A stretch of DNA of 64,000 nt, taken from assembly GCA_021813145.1 (NCBI GenBank), contig JAKALS010000003.1:6114-70113 (forward strand), written 5' to 3'. This DNA is from a bacterium. Its GTDB lineage: Bacteria > Patescibacteriota > Microgenomatia > Levybacterales > UBA12049. Positions within the stretch are counted from its first letter, which is position 1; each line of letters begins with the position of its first letter. The position numbers and the translations under genes were made by a program. The notes under the pieces are model-generated. The model was given only the letters and a program-made list of their open reading frames with translations, did not search any database and was not told the origin of the DNA. This document shows, piece after piece, positions 59,183 to 64,000 of the stretch.

Positions 59183-60211
59183 ATGGATATTAATACTCTT
59201 TTAGGTTCGTTATCGGTAGCAAGCTTCGGGTTGAACTGGGTTGACATTGCAATTATCGTTGTTCTTCTTTTTTATGCTTTCGAAGGTTATGCTCTCGGTT
59301 TTTATGCGGCTCTTTTGGACCTTATAAGTTTTGTCGTTTCGTTTGCACTCGGCCTTTTTTTGTACGGGTATATAGGAAAGTTACTGGTTCATTTTCTTTC
59401 TATGCCTAACGGATTCGCAAATGCAATAGGTTTCTTTATTGTTGCCTTTTTCTCGGAAATACTCATTAATTTTTTGTTGAAACATCTGATTCTTGTTTTT
59501 CCGTTTTTTACACAGTTTCAACAAGTCCAACCTCCTTATATAAAAAGACTTAACAGTTTTTTGGGAATTATTCCTGCTATATTCTCGGGACTTTTGCTCA
59601 TTGCTTTTATCTTGACGATGATCGTCATCCTTCCTCTTTCACCGTTTCTTAAACAGTCCGTCTCGGCGTCAAGAATAGGAAGCGTTCTGGTTACAAACAC
59701 GCAAGGCTTTGCCGGAGACTTAAATGGAGTTTTTGGAGGAGCCGTAAATGAGACTCTGGCGTTTTTAACAGTCGAACCGAAAAGCAACGAAATAGTAAAT
59801 TTAAACTTTAAAACCTCGAACTTTACAATCGATTACAGCGCCGAGAAGAAAATGTTTTCCATGGTAAATCAGGAAAGAACATCAAGAGGAATTCCGGCTC
59901 TTGAAACTTGGAATAAGCTGACAGATGTGGCAAGGGCACATTGCGAAGATATGTTTGAAAGAGGTTATTTTTCACATTACACTCCGGAAGGGCTTTCTCC
60001 TTTTGACAGAATGGCGCAGGCAGATATAACCTTTAATTATGCCGGAGAAAACCTTGCGCTTGCTCCGAATGTAGATTTGGCAATGAAAGGCTTGATGCAA
60101 AGTCCGGGACACAGGGCAAATATACTTTCAACTAATTATCATAGGGTCGGAATAGGCGTAATAGACGGCGGAATTTACGGAGAGATGTTCTGCCAGGAAT
60201 TTACCGATTAA
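59183..60211 (+). CDS. CvpA-like membrane domain + CAP/SCP domain fusion
   Basis: NWVD...GY..GF CvpA-like TM helices; VNQER, YFSH, AGENLA and SPGHRANIL. Confidence 0.88.
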   Translation: MDINTLLGSLSVASFGLNWVDIAIIVVLLFYAFEGYALGFYAALLDLISFVVSFALGLFLYGYIGKLLVHFLSMPNGFANAIGFFIVAFFSEILINFLLKHLILVFPFFTQFQQVQPPYIKRLNSFLGIIPAIFSGLLLIAFILTMIVILPLSPFLKQSVSASRIGSVLVTNTQGFAGDLNGVFGGAVNETLAFLTVEPKSNEIVNLNFKTSNFTIDYSAEKKMFSMVNQERTSRGIPALETWNKLTDVARAHCEDMFERGYFSHYTPEGLSPFDRMAQADITFNYAGENLALAPNVDLAMKGLMQSPGHRANILSTNYHRVGIGVIDGGIYGEMFCQEFTD

Positions 60212-60217
60212 GCTAAA

Positions 60218-61261
60218 ATGAACAATAAACCTAAAACGGTCCAGGATGCCAATCTAAACGGGAAAACAGTTCTTTTAAGAGCCGATCTGGATGTTTCCCT
60301 GGATAAGGGAAAGATTGCCGAAGATATCCGTTTGGAGGCTTCGCTAGATACAATTAATTTTCTTTTAAAACGGTCAAAATCAGTTATAGTAATGGGTCAT
60401 TTAGGCCGCCCGGTGGGAGAAGACAAAAATTTCAGCTTAAGGATTGTAGCACAGTGGTATGCAAATAGATTGGACGGGCAATTAACAGAAATAGAAGCAG
60501 GCGGATTTAAAGGCTGGAAAATCCTGCCGGGTTTAATACTTTTGGAAAACTTACGTTTTTATAAAGAAGAGGAAGAAAATAATGAGGATTTTTCAAAAAA
60601 ACTGTCTTTTTTGGCAGATATTTACGTAAATGACGCGTTTGCTTCTTCCCACAGGGCTCATGCCTCTATTGTCGGGGCCGCTAAATTTCTGCCTCATTTT
60701 TCCGGACTTAGGCTTGAAAAAGAGGTTGAAGAACTTTCCGCCGTTATAAAAGACCCTAAAAGGCCTTTAACGGTAATAATAGGAGGTGCAAAAATAGAAA
60801 CCAAACTTCCCCTTGTCGAGAAAATGCATAAATTTGCGGATTTTGTTTTGGTCGGAGGAGAGCTTTCCGAACAAGATAAGGTGCTTTTAAAGGTAATGCA
60901 CGAAAAAGTAGACAGGATAAAGTCAATTCTTTTGGTCGCAGACCTTATGGAAAGCAAAAAAGAAATAACGGAATATTCTACAGAAAACTTTATACAGGTA
61001 ATAAATAAATCTTCAACAGTTGTCTGGAACGGTCCAATGGGACTTGTTGAAGAAAGGGAATATTCAAAAGAGACCTTAAGGCTTGCACAGGCAATTGTTA
61101 ACTCCCAATCCTATTCAATTGTAGGAGGAGGAGACACAATAGCTTTTTTAAATAAAGAAGACATTTTGGATAAATTCTCTTTTGTTTCGATGGGCGGAGG
61201 AGCAATGCTCGAATTTTTGGCAGGAGAGAATCTCCCCGGAATAGAAGCTCTTCTTTCCTGA
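60218..61261 (+). CDS. pgk: Phosphoglycerate kinase (short)
   Basis: HLGRP, LENLRF, NDAF..SHRAHAS, GGAK, WNGPMG, GGGDT and GGGA. Confidence 0.95.
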   Translation: MNNKPKTVQDANLNGKTVLLRADLDVSLDKGKIAEDIRLEASLDTINFLLKRSKSVIVMGHLGRPVGEDKNFSLRIVAQWYANRLDGQLTEIEAGGFKGWKILPGLILLENLRFYKEEEENNEDFSKKLSFLADIYVNDAFASSHRAHASIVGAAKFLPHFSGLRLEKEVEELSAVIKDPKRPLTVIIGGAKIETKLPLVEKMHKFADFVLVGGELSEQDKVLLKVMHEKVDRIKSILLVADLMESKKEITEYSTENFIQVINKSSTVVWNGPMGLVEEREYSKETLRLAQAIVNSQSYSIVGGGDTIAFLNKEDILDKFSFVSMGGGAMLEFLAGENLPGIEALLS

Positions 61262-61287
61262 CTTGACAGCGGTGTTATAATTTTCAA

Positions 61288-61791
61288 ATGTCAATCGAAA
61301 TGCCCCCCGCTTTTCAAGACATCTCTTATTATGAAGCCTTAGGCATTGAAAGAGAAAGAGCGATAGAGCTGAGGAAAAGTCTCGTATTAAGAGTTATAAA
61401 GGCTGCAAGAGAAATTAAAACAGAAGGAGCTTCATTGGGAAGGATAGCCAGCTTTAGTCACATAAGTTCATCCGACGAACAAATACTCAGGCTTTCGGAT
61501 ATCCGCCGGCAATACTCTTTAAATGAAATGGAAAAAATGATGCATATTGTGTCTGTTTCAATGGGTATTTTTGAGTCAGGAGGTCTGTATCCGGAGATAA
61601 GCAGAGCATATTTGGACGAAGATAACTCCTTGTCCAGAACTTCCTCCTCCGACTTATCTTTTAGAGTAAATGTTTTAGGGGATAATCTCGTTTTCCATAG
61701 AAGACACGAGATGGTTCACCAAAGGGATAATAAGTATCAAAGGTTTAAGGAAAAACATATAAGTGTTGATTTCTACCTTACTAAAAATTAA
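61288..61791 (+). CDS. Hypothetical protein
   Basis: 167-aa ORF between pgk and gap with TATAAT 6 nt upstream of ATG. Confidence 0.65.
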   Translation: MSIEMPPAFQDISYYEALGIERERAIELRKSLVLRVIKAAREIKTEGASLGRIASFSHISSSDEQILRLSDIRRQYSLNEMEKMMHIVSVSMGIFESGGLYPEISRAYLDEDNSLSRTSSSDLSFRVNVLGDNLVFHRRHEMVHQRDNKYQRFKEKHISVDFYLTKN

Positions 61792-61794
61792 CAC

Positions 61795-61823
61795 TTGCCC
61801 TCTTTTTGCCCGGGTTATATACT
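61795..61823 (+). promoter_or_regulatory. sigma70 promoter (leaderless gap)
   Basis: TTGCCC-17-TATACT-6 nt-ATG(61830). Confidence 0.65.
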
Positions 61824-61829
61824 TTTAAT

Positions 61830-62891
61830 ATGACGCGTGTCGCTATAAACGGATACGGAAGGATAGGAAGGCTTGCCCACAGGGTAATTCTTGAACGCTT
61901 TAATGATGCAATAGATATAGTAGCAATAAACGCAGGTTCTTCGACTGATATCAAGGGTTGGATGTACCTTCTCAAATACGATACCACTTATGGTCCCATT
62001 CTCGATAGGCCTGTTTCCTATCAGGAAGCAGAGGGAAATTCTCCCACAAGCAAACTTTTAGGTTATCTTATGGTGGGGAATTCAAAAATACCTGTCTATT
62101 CCGAAAAAGATCCTACCCTTTTGCCGTGGAAAGACTTGAATGTAGATGTCGTTATAGAATCAACGGGTCATTTTACAACCGAGGAAAAATTAAAAACACA
62201 TATTCAAGCCGGCGCAAAAGCCGCAGTTTTGTCGGCACCCGTAAAGGAAGGGGAAATTCCCACTTACGTTTTATCCGTCAATTCCAAAGACTATCATGGA
62301 GAAAATTTAATAAGTAACGCTTCCTGTACGACAAACTGTATTTCGCCTGTTGCCAAAGTAATGGTCGATACATTCGGAGTAGAAAAAGCCATGATGACTA
62401 CCGTTCACGGATATACTTCGGACCAGAAGCTTCAAGACGGAGGGCATAAAGATTACAGAAGAGCAAGGGCAGCCGCTTTAAATATAATTCCCACATCAAC
62501 GGGTGCAACAATAGCCGCGGCTAAGGCGCTTCCCGAGCTTTCCGGAATTTTTCAGGGCCTTTCCATAAGGGTTCCCGTTCCCGCCGGTTCGCTTTCGGAT
62601 TTTACTTTTCTTTTAAAAAGGGAAACTACAAAAGAAGAGGTAAACAGTATTCTTACAAATGCTTCGAAAAACCCAAATTTTGAAGGAATAATGATGGTAA
62701 CCGAAGATCCTCTTGTTTCAAGTGACATAATAGGAAATCCTTTTTCTGCAATAGTTGATTTATCCCTTACCCAGGTAATGGGAAATATGGTAAAAGTTGT
62801 CGCGTGGTATGATAACGAATACGGATACGCCAACCGCCTTGTCGAGGAGACGATGATGGTCGGTAAAAGTCTTGCCCAAGGCAATTTATGA
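61830..62891 (+). CDS. gap: Glyceraldehyde-3-phosphate dehydrogenase type I
   Basis: INGYGRIGR, SNASCTTNC, RVPV and WYDNE. Confidence 0.97.
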   Translation: MTRVAINGYGRIGRLAHRVILERFNDAIDIVAINAGSSTDIKGWMYLLKYDTTYGPILDRPVSYQEAEGNSPTSKLLGYLMVGNSKIPVYSEKDPTLLPWKDLNVDVVIESTGHFTTEEKLKTHIQAGAKAAVLSAPVKEGEIPTYVLSVNSKDYHGENLISNASCTTNCISPVAKVMVDTFGVEKAMMTTVHGYTSDQKLQDGGHKDYRRARAAALNIIPTSTGATIAAAKALPELSGIFQGLSIRVPVPAGSLSDFTFLLKRETTKEEVNSILTNASKNPNFEGIMMVTEDPLVSSDIIGNPFSAIVDLSLTQVMGNMVKVVAWYDNEYGYANRLVEETMMVGKSLAQGNL

Positions 62892-63475
62892 AATCCCCTA
62901 TAAACCTTCCAGGCATTAGCAATATTACTATTTCCGGCAGAATTGGAACCGGTAAAACAACCCTGGCTTTGAAGCTTGGCGAGGTTTTGGGCTGGCAGGT
63001 TTTGGACGGAGGCAAACTCTTCAGAAAAATAACCCAGGAGCTTGGCCAAAGTATTATAGATACCAATCAAAGACCGGATAAGTTCGACCTTGAATACGAG
63101 GAAATGGTCAAGAAACTTTTAAGAAACAAGAAACATCAGATAGTGCAAAGCCATCTGGCCGGTTTTGACGCCCAGGGAATAGAGGGAGTTTTTAAAATTC
63201 TTGTCATGTGCCGCGACGAACATGGAAATGATAAGGCCGATATAAGGATAGACAGGCTAATGAATAGAGACAGTGCCACTTTGGAAAAAGCAAAATATGA
63301 AATACTCGAGCGGGAGAAACAAAATCTGGAGAAATTCAGAAGATTATACGCCAATAACGATAAGAACTGGGTTTATTGGAATGAAAAATATTATGACTTA
63401 ATCATAAACACTTATTCGAATAACCAAGATCAGGCACTCAAAATCGTTTTGGATAACATAGGCCTTAAGAAGTAA
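62888..63475 (+). CDS. cmk: Cytidylate kinase-like protein (archaeal/Cytidylate_kin2 type)
   Basis: ITISGRIGTGKTT, GKLFR and YDLIINT. Confidence 0.75.
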   Translation: MKSPINLPGISNITISGRIGTGKTTLALKLGEVLGWQVLDGGKLFRKITQELGQSIIDTNQRPDKFDLEYEEMVKKLLRNKKHQIVQSHLAGFDAQGIEGVFKILVMCRDEHGNDKADIRIDRLMNRDSATLEKAKYEILEREKQNLEKFRRLYANNDKNWVYWNEKYYDLIINTYSNNQDQALKIVLDNIGLKK

Positions 63476-63538
63476 TATATTTCTTTACTAAAGGTGTATA
63501 ATACTCTTTAAATTGCATTTGGAAGGAGACTGTTAGAT

Positions 63539-64000
63539 ATGAAGGTTTCGGATATCATGTCAACACAGGTAGACTTCGTTACCACAGACGCCTCTGTCAG
63601 GGACATCTCACGGCTCATTTTCGGACGCGGAATAAACGGGGTTCCGGTTGTTAAAAAAAGAAAAGTCGTGGGTTTTATTACGGAAAAAGATATATTGGCA
63701 AAGTTTTATCCCACAATGGAGGAGTACATGGAGGACCCCGTTCATACCAGCGATTTCGAAAGCCTGGAGAAAAAAATTCCTTCGATTTTAAATATTACGG
63801 CCGATAAGATAATGAGCAAAAAACCTACGACGGTTTTTGCAGACACTCCTCTTTTAAGGGCCCACTCAGTAATGCTTCTTAAAAAAATAGGAAGACTTCC
63901 GGTTGTAGATAAAAAAGGAAACCTAATAGGTATCGTTTCGAAAGGGGATATCTTTAGGGGCGTGGTAGGAGATAAATTAAACATAGAGGTAGACGAAGAG
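63539..64000 (+). CDS. CBS-domain protein, 3'-truncated by window edge
   Basis: MKVSDIMS...GVPVV...VVGFITEKDI...IMS...RLPVVD...GIVSKGDI; SD-like AAGGAG upstream. Confidence 0.88.
   Translation, partial: MKVSDIMSTQVDFVTTDASVRDISRLIFGRGINGVPVVKKRKVVGFITEKDILAKFYPTMEEYMEDPVHTSDFESLEKKIPSILNITADKIMSKKPTTVFADTPLLRAHSVMLLKKIGRLPVVDKKGNLIGIVSKGDIFRGVVGDKLNIEVDEE

Overview
A compact, AT-rich chromosomal segment spanning the replication origin of a reduced-genome bacterium. Gene content suggests Patescibacteria/CPR, probably Microgenomates; this is inferred from DUF4012, a VirB2-like pilin array with PrgI/VirB4, short ValS, archaeal-type Cmk and near absence of Shine-Dalgarno sites. Genetic code 11 reads normally. 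Left arm: rpoD-dnaG, purA-HAD-purB, ruvCAB, rplY, valS, nth, envelope genes, and the jag-yidC-yidD-rnpA-rpmH / dnaA-oriC-dnaN block. Directly after dnaN: a T4SS-like cluster (zincin, VirB4, TraC-like, PrgI, four pilins, a degenerate-NTPase/wHTH regulator, VirB6-like) interleaved with large orphan proteins. Then four tRNA-Ser genes, tRNA-Arg(GCG), a P1B-5 ATPase, tmRNA-smpB, a permuted SpoIID, two PBP1A and rpiB/rpe/pgk/gap/cmk. No CRISPR array, transposase or prophage was seen. The most striking unexplained patterns are: (1) five of nine convergent gene junctions have stop codons abutting with exactly zero gap; (2) degenerate 7-nt tandem arrays recur in coding and regulatory DNA; (3) a -10 box sits about 6 nt before many start codons (leaderless architecture); (4) five of six tRNA/tmRNA genes have 'CA' instead of CCA after the discriminator base; (5) two receiver-less pseudo-NTPase-OmpR regulators, one heading the pilin array. 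All protein calls come from motif recognition by eye; no database searches were run.
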